Origin: Dehalococcoidia bacterium | Lineage (GTDB): Bacteria; Chloroflexota; Dehalococcoidia; Lucifugimonadales; UBA3495 | Length of the DNA: 64,000 bases | Direction: 5' to 3' | Assembly (NCBI GenBank): GCA_965220625.1 | Contig: CBDCQN010000002.1 | Coordinates: 136,753-200,752 of the forward strand | Shown here: positions 56,905 to 64,000 of the stretch, piece by piece | How the letters are laid out: every line of letters starts with the position of its first letter | Numbering within the stretch: the first letter of the stretch is position 1 | The notes under the pieces: model-generated | What the model was told of the DNA's origin: nothing | Databases searched by the model: none | What the model saw: only the letters and a program-made list of their open reading frames with translations | Translations under genes and position numbers: made by a program

Positions 56905-57756
56905 GAGAATCTGCAAAACTCCGAGCCACTGGAGCCACCAACGGATAGGTCACAACGCAGGAAACCGGGGCTTGCGTTACCCGCCCAGTAGGCGATTGCC
57001 ATATGCAACCATACGGGCAGGGAACCCACCAACAAAACGGCGGCCACCCAGTATGTGGCATATTGTACATCCCTGGCCGACATCTGAAGGCAGCAACCCT
57101 CGCAGGCAGAAGAGTCGGGTTCCGACAGGAACCCCACGATAAGAACCCCGGCAAGAGGAGTCGCCGCGATCAGGACGGCGGGAGCCGCCCATAGTCTCGG
57201 TCCACACCAGCAAATATCCCGTCGCCGAGCGACAGGAACCACAGACCGGGGCTAAGCAAAGAAATCGCCAGCATCGTCAAGGCTGGCGGCATTCGTTCCT
57301 TCATCGTCGGCGGGGTGCCCGTCCCAAAATCTAGTTCTTGCTGGGTAGTCGGGGCCGGAGATGTGCCCACGGTGGCGGGAGCGTTTGCTTCCGGCCGGTC
57401 CTCGTGGCCACCCTGGGGAACACAGGCTTGGGTTTCTTGATTGAGGCGTGAAGCCTTCCCGTGCTCCGTCTTTCGCCTACGATGCCGTTGGCGCAGGTTC
57501 GGTCAGGTAACCCGGGGCCGGCCTCCGCCCAAGGGATGGGTGTTCACCCACTGGGGCAACAATGGGGCCAATGCCTCCCACAGCTCGTCGGATACCTGGA
57601 AGGAGCCAGTGGTGGGGTTGGTCGGAGCGGCCGGGCCGGCGCGCTTTGGTCGAGGCGGCTTGGGTTCTTTCGCTTTCGTCATTCCCCAAGTCTAACTTCA
57701 CCGCCGGATCCTCCCCATTCACTACTTATGCGGGTTTCAGCCTTTTTGGCTCTTAT
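56905..57756 (-). mobile_element. IS5-family insertion sequence relic (about 850 bp, transposase broken by frameshifts)
   Basis: DUF4096-type N-terminus at 57682-57503. Weak DDE/C-terminal similarity in ORFs 57170..57370 (GVDRDYG) and 56901..57242 (...LHMAIAYWAGNASPGF). Degenerate terminal motifs GAGAATCTGCAAAAC (left) and GCCTTTTTGGCTCTTAT (right). Flanked by TTAA and CTAG (YTAR). Confidence 0.5.
57503..57682 (-). pseudogene. IS5-family transposase N-terminal (DUF4096) fragment
   Basis: Hand translation: MTKAKEPKPPRPKRAGPAAPTNPTTGSFQVSDELWEALAPLLPQWVNTHPLGGGRPRVT*. After a 1-nt frame change it continues DRTCANGIV. At 59 aa it falls below the ORF-track cutoff. Confidence 0.6.
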
Positions 57757-58383
57757 CTAGTCGACCACTGCGGGCATACCCGGAAGTACGGGAGGGCGAA
57801 CAAGGCTTACGTCATTCATCCAGCTTCTGAATCGCTTTGGAAGGCGGCGGACCGTTTGGGGATCGCGTTCCACTAGGCGGAACAACCAAGCGAGCAGACT
57901 GAAGAAGAGCATGAGGGTTGAGGCGCAGGATACAAACAGGATGAGCGTTACTAACCGAAGATGTTCGGCCATAGGCTCCATCCCAAGTTGTGTCATGACA
58001 ACCGTAAGGGTATAGAAAGCCAAACCCCAAGCAGTGAGCCCGAGAACCAGCATTGTTGCTATGGTGAAGAAGCGCACCGCTCTGATAGTGGCGGCATCCA
58101 CGTTTTCGTCCACCACGATCTCCAATCTCAAGGCGGCCGCATTCGCGTATTTTTGGACTCGCTTAAGTGTAAGTATCGCAATGGTGCTCACTACGGTGCC
58201 GGAACCCGCGACACACATCGTAAAGACGGCGGCCACAAATGCCCATTCGTTGGCAGGATATTCCGTCAGCCACAATAAAGCCGGAAAAATAACCATCACG
58301 GGTAAGGACACCGATAACACCCTTACGGGAAAGGTGCGGCTATTCCCGCTCATCGCTGTGGTCGTGCTGGTCTTCGCTATCAT
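57757..58383 (-). CDS. hypothetical polytopic membrane protein (208 aa)
   Basis: About four long hydrophobic segments (VSLPVMVIFPALLWL, WAFVAAVFTMCVAGSGTVVSTIAILTL, FFTIATMLVLGLTAWGLAFYTLTVV, LVTLILFVSCASTLMLFFSLLAWLF). AT-richer than the flanks. Its stop codon is the CTAG at the IS relic end. Confidence 0.5.
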   Translation of the reverse strand: MIAKTSTTTAMSGNSRTFPVRVLSVSLPVMVIFPALLWLTEYPANEWAFVAAVFTMCVAGSGTVVSTIAILTLKRVQKYANAAALRLEIVVDENVDAATIRAVRFFTIATMLVLGLTAWGLAFYTLTVVMTQLGMEPMAEHLRLVTLILFVSCASTLMLFFSLLAWLFRLVERDPQTVRRLPKRFRSWMNDVSLVRPPVLPGMPAVVD

Positions 58384-58687
58384 TTTGACCCCAATTGCTC
58401 ACGTAGAGCACAACTAGCTTTATCGCATCTCCAATGATGAGCAAAAAGCTAGCAACCACCAGGACCGTATATGCAACCGTTCCGGTACTCCTCACAAGTT
58501 CCGAAGTTCGCGGGTCGAGGCCTACCAGTGCGCCTATTTCCCCCAACCCGCGCCCGAGGCCAAACCCTACGAGAGCAAGGACAAGGATAGTAACCGTGTA
58601 GGTTACAGCGGTGGCTACTAGGTTGAAACAACGTTTGGCTGTCGCGACCGTCGACGGATTGAGTTCGAAGATTCGCCATAAATTCAT
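58340..58687 (-). CDS. hypothetical small membrane protein (116 aa from MNLWRIF; the ORF opens at 58843)
   Basis: Two long hydrophobic helices (VTYTVTILVLALVGFGLG, VAYTVLVVASFLLIIGDAIKLVVLYV) and an acidic His-rich tail. TGCTAGAAT extended -10-like box about 11 nt upstream of the ATG at 58687. 44-nt overlap with the next gene. Confidence 0.45.
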   Translation of the reverse strand: MNLWRIFELNPSTVATAKRCFNLVATAVTYTVTILVLALVGFGLGRGLGEIGALVGLDPRTSELVRSTGTVAYTVLVVASFLLIIGDAIKLVVLYVSNWGQNDSEDQHDHSDERE

Positions 58688-58862
58688 GACGGCGGGTATT
58701 CTAGCACAGGAGCCGGCCTGCTTATGGGTTCGCGTTCCTTGTGCCTCGACGCCAGCAGCACGCATGTGCATCCGTCTGAACCTATGATAAACCAGGTCGT
58801 GCTCTATTAGGAATATCTCCGAAAGACCGCCTCTACCCAGCATATAAGTTCAGACACCATAA

Positions 58863-59077
58863 AAGCAAACGGAACGGCCCCGGCACCAATTTGCTTTTCA
58901 AGTCCCGCCCCGGCGTTGGGTAGTGGACCGTACCTTGGAATGGCTGAACCTGCAAAGGCGTTCGAGCAAGGATTATGAGAGGTTGGGGCAAACCCACTGA
59001 AGCATGGTCCGACATCGCAATGACCGGGCTGATGCTGCGCCGCTTTGTATCTAACTCACCTTTTTGGACACCCTCTG
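58863..59077 (+). mobile_element. 3'-terminal fragment of a second IS5-family element (transposase C-terminus, frameshifted)
   Basis: Hand translation 58863-59000: [45 protein letters not shown]. The next frame reads EAWSDIAMTGLMLRRFVSNSPFW. Together these match the RW.VER...WL...RRL..RYE....A.L.LA..L..LRR C-terminus of DDE_Tnp_1_2-type IS5 transposases. Ends in CCTTTTTGG...CTCTG|TTAA. Confidence 0.65.
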
Positions 59078-59998
59078 TTAAGCCGCCCGGCGGCGAGCCC
59101 TGGTGTCGTCGGCCCGCACAATCTGGGTCCTCCACACCAGTAACGGCAGCGTCAACGCCAAAACGATCAACGCCACGATCTGCGCTTCGTTCAAGCCGCC
59201 GAAGTATACGTTTGATTCCTCCCTCAGGAAGCTCAGGAAGAACCGGCCCACGGAATAGGTGGCCCCGTACAGGCAGAAGAACATGCCGTTGGGCCGCAAA
59301 CGGTTCCGCAGCGGCCACAACGCCGCCAATAGCGCCAGATCGAACAGCAACTCGTAGCCAACGGCCGGGTGGGCAGCCGGTAGGCCTAACGCCGGGCTAT
59401 CCGGGTGAGTATAGATTACTCCCCAAGGGAGATCGGTGAACTTTGCGAAGTGCTCACCGTTGATGATGTCGCCGATACGTCCGATGGCCATGGCCACGAG
59501 CAAAGCCGGAGCCGTAATGTCGGCCAAGCGCCCGATGGAGGGCAGCACGGCCTTGTTGGGCTGGCCCAGAACCAACGAGAATGGTCTCCACAACGCCAGG
59601 AGCCAATCGGTATTGCGAACCAGCAGGTAGATCGACCCGCCGACAAAACCGCCCATGATCGCGCCGTAGATTGCGATTCCGCCCTCCCACACCCGGAAAA
59701 TTTGGCCGACGTTGTTCTTGTAGGCAGCCTCCGGGAACTCCGGGTAGTCCCAGAAGTCTATGACATGAAGTACCCGGGCCCCGATGACCCCGCCAACAAT
59801 GGCCCACATCGACACCGAATAGAGGATATCGACGCTGTAGCCTTCCTTCGAGCCCCAACGCACGACCAGAATGACAGCCGCCGCCACGGCCAGGAAAGTG
59901 AACAAGCCGTGCCAGGAGAGGATGAAATTCCCGGTGTCGATCAGGTAGGGATTTATCCCGATTGAGATGCTTTCGATTATTCCCATGGGCATGTACAA
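59078..59998 (-). CDS. lgt: prolipoprotein diacylglyceryl transferase
   Basis: W.G......H..G........., GRIGDIINGEHFG-like motif (RIGDIINGEHFA), multi-TM, Arg-rich C-terminus. Typical Lgt. Confidence 0.9.
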   Translation of the reverse strand: MYMPMGIIESISIGINPYLIDTGNFILSWHGLFTFLAVAAAVILVVRWGSKEGYSVDILYSVSMWAIVGGVIGARVLHVIDFWDYPEFPEAAYKNNVGQIFRVWEGGIAIYGAIMGGFVGGSIYLLVRNTDWLLALWRPFSLVLGQPNKAVLPSIGRLADITAPALLVAMAIGRIGDIINGEHFAKFTDLPWGVIYTHPDSPALGLPAAHPAVGYELLFDLALLAALWPLRNRLRPNGMFFCLYGATYSVGRFFLSFLREESNVYFGGLNEAQIVALIVLALTLPLLVWRTQIVRADDTRARRRAA

Positions 59999-60082
59999 CC
60001 TTTCGCCATTTCCGGTGTTGGTCCGGTACTTCCGTCAGTCTTCAACTGTACTAATACGCGGGTATACGAATACGCGGCCATA

Positions 60083-60967
60083 CTAATACACGGGCGCCTC
60101 CGCGCTTCCGGCAGAGATGGTCGTTACAAGGTAAACCCCGGCGCCACGTCCCTGCAAGGTATCCACGACCCTTTGGTGGTCCATATCGCTGCCCGGCAGG
60201 GCGAACAGGGCGGGGCCCGCTCCACAGAGGTAAAGCTCCGGCCCGCCTTGGGCGGCCACGTCGCGCCGGATCTCGGCAAGCACCGGGTATGCCCACTCGG
60301 CCACATCCTGGAACGCGTTGAAGACCGACCCTCCGAGGTATTCCCGGACGAACAACCCTCCCGCAATGACCTCCAACATACGCCGGGTGACGCCGCCGTC
60401 GCTATAGTGAGCCCGGGTGAGCCGGGAGTACATGGTTGCGGTCTTGTTGGGCACCATCAGGTCGGGGAACACCATGGTCACATGGGTCGGGGGTACCGGC
60501 GGCAACGGGGAAATCCTCTCGCCACGGCCTTCGGCCAACGCCGTCCCTCCCTTCAGGAAGAACGGAACGTCCGAACCCAACCGGGCGGCCGCCGTCGAAA
60601 GGGTTTCCGCGCTGGAGCCCAATGCCCACATCCGGTCCAAGGCCAGGAGTGTTGCTGCGGCGTCGCTGCTGCCGCCGCCCAATCCCATGGCCACGGGTAT
60701 GCGTTTTTTAAGCCGGATGTACGCCCTGGGTTCCACACCATGAGCCTCGGCCAAGACGGTGGCGGCCTGCCACACCAGGTTCCGGTCGCCGGAAAGCTCC
60801 GGCTCGTCGCACTCCACAGACAGACCGGCCGCCGGGGAGAACTCAAGCTCGTCGGCCAGGTCGATGGTCTGAAGGACCGACCTGATCTCGTGGTAGCCGT
60901 CGTCCCGTCGTCCCAACACTTCGAAGGTCAGGTTCAGCTTGGCGAACGCCCTTACAGTCAGCGCCAT
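60083..60967 (-). CDS. ispE: 4-(cytidine 5'-diphospho)-2-C-methyl-D-erythritol kinase
   Basis: AFAKLNL.F.VLGRR.DGYHE..S..Q.IDL.D and the GHMP-kinase motif PVAMGLGGGSSDAAA. Start at MALTVRAF (60967). The longer ORF overlaps rsmA. Confidence 0.9.
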   Translation of the reverse strand: MALTVRAFAKLNLTFEVLGRRDDGYHEIRSVLQTIDLADELEFSPAAGLSVECDEPELSGDRNLVWQAATVLAEAHGVEPRAYIRLKKRIPVAMGLGGGSSDAAATLLALDRMWALGSSAETLSTAAARLGSDVPFFLKGGTALAEGRGERISPLPPVPPTHVTMVFPDLMVPNKTATMYSRLTRAHYSDGGVTRRMLEVIAGGLFVREYLGGSVFNAFQDVAEWAYPVLAEIRRDVAAQGGPELYLCGAGPALFALPGSDMDHQRVVDTLQGRGAGVYLVTTISAGSAEAPVY

Positions 60968-60971
60968 TTCA

Positions 60972-61904
60972 TTACATGCCAGGCCCGTTACGGGAAGGCC
61001 GGTCACGCCAGGCCCGGTACAGCCGTCCCCATTCCGCAAGGTCCAGGGTCTGGGCGCGGCGCTGCCCGTCGATGCCGGCCCGGTCCAACACACCGGAGGC
61101 TGCGTCCGAAGCGATGCCAAGGCCGTGGCTGAAGGAGTTTCGCAGTTGCTTCCGGGGAGCTGAGAACCCGGCCCGCACCACGTCGAAGAACTCGGAAGGG
61201 ACGAATTCCGCGCCGTCATCCACCGCCACGGCCGGAGCCGCCCGGGTTACGAGTTTCACGACCGCTGAAGTGACCGCCGGCGGAGGGCGGAAGGCTTCCG
61301 GCGGTACGGTGCACACAGTTTGGGCTTCGGCGTACAGTTGGGTGGCCACCGATAGCAGACCCATTCTTCCGGGATGCGCCACCATGCTGTCAGCCACCTC
61401 CTTTTGCACCATCACCACCAACGCGGAGGGCTTGGGTACGGTCTCCAGAAGGTTGCGAATGATGGGGTTGGCGGCGTAGTAGGGCAGGTTGGCAACAACT
61501 TTGTAGTCCCGGCCTGAAGGGACTAACGCCCCGAAATCGGCCGTCCTGGCGTCGGCCTCCACACAAACGAGGTTGTGGGGAGTTCCCAAGCGGACCGGCA
61601 GCTGGGCGCACAACTCCGGGTCCAACTCCACGGCGGTGACCGTTTCAACCAACTCGACCAACCGCCGGGTCAGCACGCCGCGGCCTGGACCGATCTCGAT
61701 CACAAGGTCGTCCGGTGTCACGGCGGCGGCGTTAACGATCCTGGACACAGTCTGCTGGTCGGTCAGGAAGTGTTGGCCCAAGGACTTGCGCCTCCGCCGG
61801 AAAGAAGGGGGCGCGGTCACGGGCGAAGAAGCCTGGAGGAAGAGCGATTTGACATCATCGTTATTGAGACCGCGCACCTCCCTTTGACATTGACCACTGA
61901 GCAT
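60972..61904 (-). CDS. rsmA: 16S rRNA (adenine1518-N6/adenine1519-N6)-dimethyltransferase
   Basis: KSLGQHFL.D, SAM motif VIEIGPGRGVLT, NLPYY. The N-terminal roughly 40 aa look like an extension, so the true start may be further downstream. Confidence 0.9.
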   Translation of the reverse strand: MLSGQCQREVRGLNNDDVKSLFLQASSPVTAPPSFRRRRKSLGQHFLTDQQTVSRIVNAAAVTPDDLVIEIGPGRGVLTRRLVELVETVTAVELDPELCAQLPVRLGTPHNLVCVEADARTADFGALVPSGRDYKVVANLPYYAANPIIRNLLETVPKPSALVVMVQKEVADSMVAHPGRMGLLSVATQLYAEAQTVCTVPPEAFRPPPAVTSAVVKLVTRAAPAVAVDDGAEFVPSEFFDVVRAGFSAPRKQLRNSFSHGLGIASDAASGVLDRAGIDGQRRAQTLDLAEWGRLYRAWRDRPSRNGPGM

Positions 61905-61909
61905 GTCTC

Positions 61910-62015
61910 GGGGCGCGACTCAGGTCAGGCACTCCCACGGCACCCGCAGTGCCCTGCTTACCGTTGCTTCCTTCCGGACCTGGCGGGGTTCACAGGTCTA
62001 CGTCGCGTGGGACCC
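61910..62015 (-). ncRNA. ffs: signal recognition particle RNA (small/4.5S-type), ends approximate
   Basis: Minus strand reads ...CGCGACGUAGACCUGUGAACCCCGCCAGGUCCGGAAGGAAGCAACGGUAAGCAGGGCACUGCGGGUGCCGUGGGAGUGCCUGACCUGAGUCGCG... It contains the universally conserved domain IV sequence CAGGUCCGGAAGGAAGCA (GGAA tetraloop) and the 3' GUGCCG motif. CGCGAC/GUCGCG forms a closing helix. Confidence 0.75.
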
Positions 62016-62292
62016 GGCCCTCAATGCCGCAGGCCCGAGATATCGGCTCATTGGACAAGCCGGGGGGAGGAATTCAACCCCGCTGTAGCGGATTGCGGGT
62101 TAAAGGGCACCGCTAGCTCCCCATCTAGTGCGGCCTCACTGTCATGGTAGGGTGACGGGTGATTGCCTGTCAATCTGGACCCTGATTTACAGGACCAAGG
62201 GCCAACGGTGACCGGCAGACCCGACAATCCTGGCCGTCCCGAAATTCTCTTGAATCACAGTCCAGGCAAATGCCCCATGTTAAAATACCGCC

Positions 62293-63180
62293 ATGCCAAT
62301 CAGAAAAGCCGTGATTCCCGCGGCCGGACTGGGAACGAGGTTCCTGCCGGTAACCAAGTCAGTCCCCAAAGAGCTCCTGCCCATCCTGGATCGGCCCATG
62401 CTGCAATACGTGGTGGCGGAGGCCGTCGAAGCCGGGGTGGAAGAGGTCATAGTGGTGAGCTCCCCCGGTAAGGAAAGCATCGCAGGATACTTCAGCCCTC
62501 ACCCGGCCTTGGAGGAACGGTTGGCGGACAGCGGCGACACGAGGCTCTTGGAAACGGTGCTGGAAGCCTCCCGGCTGGCCCGCGTCTCCTTCGTCGTCCA
62601 AGAGAAGGCCTTGGGACTGGGACACGCCGTGCTCACAGCCCGGGACGCAGTGGGCGACGAACCCTTCGTGGTCATACTGCCCGACGACATCGTCCACCAT
62701 TCCCCCGGCGTCGTGGCCCAAATGGTCGAGGTCTGGGAGCGGGTCGAATCGGGTGTCGTCGCCGTGGAACCCATGCCATGGGAAACGGTCCATAATTACG
62801 GTGTAGTCGACGCCGTCACCGTTTCCGAAGGGCTGCACCAAGTACGGGGCATGGTGGAAAAGCCCCTCCGCGAGGAAGCTCCGTCCAACCTGTCCATAGT
62901 GGGCCGTTACATCCTGCCGCCGGATATTTTCGACTGCCTGGAGCGGACCGCCCCTGGCGCCAAGGGCGAAATTCAACTCACCGACGGAATGCTCCTGCTT
63001 TTGGAAAGCCATGACCTCTACGCCTACGAGTTCCAAGGCACACGTTACGACGGCGGCACCCCCTTGGGGTTGCTCCGGGCGACCCTGGAGTTCGCGTTGC
63101 GCCGGGATGACACCGGGGAGCCGGTGCGGGACCTGCTACGGGACGTGGTTTCAAAGCTTGATATGGAGGAAAGCGATTGA
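62293..63180 (+). CDS. galU: UTP--glucose-1-phosphate uridylyltransferase
   Basis: KAVIPAAGLGTRFLP.TK..PKE.LPI.D.P..QY.V.EA..AG, VEKP motif (MVEKP). Confidence 0.9.
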   Translation: MPIRKAVIPAAGLGTRFLPVTKSVPKELLPILDRPMLQYVVAEAVEAGVEEVIVVSSPGKESIAGYFSPHPALEERLADSGDTRLLETVLEASRLARVSFVVQEKALGLGHAVLTARDAVGDEPFVVILPDDIVHHSPGVVAQMVEVWERVESGVVAVEPMPWETVHNYGVVDAVTVSEGLHQVRGMVEKPLREEAPSNLSIVGRYILPPDIFDCLERTAPGAKGEIQLTDGMLLLLESHDLYAYEFQGTRYDGGTPLGLLRATLEFALRRDDTGEPVRDLLRDVVSKLDMEESD

Positions 63181-63665
63181 CCTCGCGCAAACAGGCCCAT
63201 CTGGATAACGCCGCAGTAATCCAAGGAGAGCTGACCGAACTGCTCGACGGCATGGACTACTGCCTGGACTGGAAGCCGGACCCGGAGTCTTGGTCGGCCC
63301 GTGAGGTGCTCTACCACCTGCTGGACACGCCCCCCGGAGGCATCCACAAGGTGGCCGCCGGCATTGTGGCCGGGTCAATCACCGAGTACGAAATCTGGTC
63401 GGACCGCTCCAACATGACACCGGAACGGGCGGCCCACGACCTGGAGCAAATACGGCACGACATCCAGCACTTCTTCGACAGCCTGGCCCAAGCGTTGAGC
63501 GCCGCCAACGACGAAGACCTGGCAGGCAAGTCGGCCCTGATGCACCAGAAAACCAGGGACGAGCACGGAACACGAACGCTGGCTGATGTTCTGGCCGGTT
63601 TCGACCGCCACTGGCGGGGCCACTTGGAACAATTGGGCGAACTGCGCGACGCGCTGGGGCTTTAG
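63177..63665 (+). CDS. DinB-family (DinB_2-like) four-helix-bundle protein
   Basis: W.P...SWSAREVLYHL.D and a C-terminal H...H-type helix (HWRGHLEQL). TTG start overlapping the galU stop. Confidence 0.75.
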   Translation: MTSRKQAHLDNAAVIQGELTELLDGMDYCLDWKPDPESWSAREVLYHLLDTPPGGIHKVAAGIVAGSITEYEIWSDRSNMTPERAAHDLEQIRHDIQHFFDSLAQALSAANDEDLAGKSALMHQKTRDEHGTRTLADVLAGFDRHWRGHLEQLGELRDALGL

Positions 63666-63744
63666 GCGCGCAGGGGAGATCAGTCGGGCACGGGGCTGTA
63701 ATCGTGAGTCAGCGGTCTTCCAGCCCAGGGCACCATCGCCCGCC

Positions 63745-64000
63745 CTACCGGTCTCCGCCCACTTCCAAGAGGCTCAGGAAGGCTTCTTGGGGGATCTCCA
63801 CCTGGCCTACCATTTTCAGGCGCTTTTTTCCTTCTTTCTGGCGCTCCAGCAGTTTGCGCTTCCGGGTGATGTCGCCGCCGTAGCACTTGGCGAGTACGTC
63901 TTTGCGCATTGCCCGCACCGTTTCCCTGGCGATGACCCGGCTACCGATGGCCGCCTGTATCGGCACCTCGAATAGCTGCCTGGGAATGGTGGTGCGCAGC
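63745..64000 (-). CDS. lepA: elongation factor 4 (LepA), C-terminal end (gene continues right of the window)
   Basis: ...[54 protein letters not shown] matches the LepA-specific C-terminal domain. The reading frame is open to the window edge. Confidence 0.85.
   Translation of the reverse strand, partial: LRTTIPRQLFEVPIQAAIGSRVIARETVRAMRKDVLAKCYGGDITRKRKLLERQKEGKKRLKMVGQVEIPQEAFLSLLEVGGDR

Noticed and set aside
56901-57370. ORFs 56901..57242 and 57170..57370 as small Cys-containing membrane proteins
   Set aside because: They first looked like a frameshifted 3-TM protein. They are better explained as out-of-frame pieces of the decayed IS5-family transposase, whose clear N-terminal domain lies just upstream on the same strand. 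The C-terminal ...AIAYWAGNASPGF parallels ...LMLRRFVSNSPFW of the second relic.

Overview
GC-rich bacterial chromosomal segment, almost fully coding and dominated by housekeeping and redox metabolism. No searches were run: every family call is motif recognition from the supplied translations and the DNA, and start codons are often uncertain. Main content, left to right:
- xanthine-dehydrogenase-family Mo/FeS/FAD operon ending in a MoaD/ThiS-like GG protein
- DUF2182, VOC, PanE, DUF35, SDR, CMD, a ThDP enzyme, an MTHFR-like gene and MqnA
- a secreted MA-clan peptidase and a peptide ABC importer (binding protein plus two permeases)
- tRNA-His and tRNA-Arg
- Gfo/Idh/MocA, a YceI fusion, a deacetylase, GGT, Nudix, Uma2, a long-form Lhr helicase, a DUF255 protein and AspRS
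- class-V FBP aldolase/phosphatase
- a co-directional cofG-cofH-cofD-cofC-LLM-fabI cluster
- ruvB, fabF, folC and a second LLM oxidoreductase
- a B12-type radical SAM protein followed by a second KAS II
- recJ, lgt, ispE, rsmA, SRP RNA, galU, a DinB-like gene and the lepA 3' end
Split cofG/cofH, class-V FBPase, the futalosine pathway and several LLM enzymes suggest Chloroflexota (SAR202/Dehalococcoidia-like). This is inference only.
Non-obvious signals found by reading the DNA:
1. A decayed IS5-family composite-transposon-like block (56901-59081) bounded by TTAA, carrying two small membrane-protein genes.
2. A 3-copy MITE family with 3-bp target duplications. One copy sits directly against the start codon of the MTHFR-like gene.
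3. A roughly 1-kb nested repeat graveyard (44725-45696) with TCATTT motifs at exact 10-bp phasing.
4. An SRP RNA that an ORF track cannot show.
5. An AT-richer DUF6883/DUF4926 two-gene cassette.
6. A radical SAM enzyme with an unusual helical-repeat tail next to a KAS II.
No CRISPR array, rRNA, prophage or recognisable defence system was seen.
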